A DNA stretch of 8,441 bases from Geosiphon pyriformis uo1 (taxonomy: Eukaryota; Fungi; Glomeromycota): assembly GCA_016748015.1 (NCBI GenBank), contig JAAOMT010000410.1, positions 1 to 8,441 on the forward strand, read 5' to 3'. Shown here in pieces: positions 8,208-8,441 of the stretch. Below the pieces are notes generated by a model. It worked only from the letters and a program-made list of their open reading frames with translations, ran no database searches and was not told the origin of the DNA. Numbering within the stretch: the first letter of the stretch is position 1; each line of letters opens with the position of its first letter. Position numbers and translations under genes: made by a program.

Positions 8208-8441
8208 ACCATAAGTGGAAGCAGACATTCAGCAGAATGGGTGCACGCACAGAGGTATAACAATTCATGTCATTGACCATAAGTGGAAGCAGACATTCGG
8301 AAGAACAGGTGCACGCACAGAGGTATAACAATTCATGTCATTGACCGTAAGTGGAAGCAGACATTCGGAAGAATGGGTGCACGCACAGAGGTATAACAAT
8401 TCATGTCATTGACCGTAAGTGGAAGCAGACATTCGGAAGAA
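8208..8441. repeat. 68-bp tandem repeat, at least 3.4 copies, truncated by the window end
   Basis: Unit ACCRTAAGTGGAAGCAGACATTCGGAAGAATGGGTGCACGCACAGAGGTATAACAATTCATGTCATTG starts at 8208, 8276, 8344 and 8412, with only a few substitutions between copies. Confidence 0.97.

Noticed and set aside
8066-8263. 65-aa ORF ([26 protein letters not shown])
   Set aside because: It is a spurious translation of the 28S rRNA fragment plus repeat DNA.
7590-8441. CRISPR-like array
   Set aside because: Both arrays are head-to-tail with no unique spacers, there are no cas genes, and the context is eukaryotic. A single 28S piece between two different repeats is not a spacer.

Overview
Very AT-rich eukaryotic DNA. 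It is most likely an arbuscular mycorrhizal (Glomeromycota-type) fungal genome, inferred from the style of the TLDc protein, the fungal-type 28S fragment and the repeat decay. The only intact coding sequence is the 3' end of a TLDc-domain gene (1-642, +, open at the window edge). About 7 kb of decayed intergenic DNA follows. It holds a frameshifted Sel1-like-repeat pseudogene (~4393-4773, -), the C-terminal relic of a Tc1/IS630-type transposase (~5827-6060, -), a possible LINE endonuclease relic (~1703-1960), a (TAA)13 microsatellite and a C-tract. The last 1.1 kb is the most unusual part. It runs from a 46-bp tandem repeat to a ~12-copy 40-bp minisatellite, then an isolated ~95-125 bp fragment of 28S rRNA (- strand) from the region targeted by R1/R2/R4/Pokey elements, and finally a 68-bp tandem array that runs off the window. 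No CRISPR array or prokaryotic operon is supported. All homology calls are from recalled motifs and hand alignment, not database searches.
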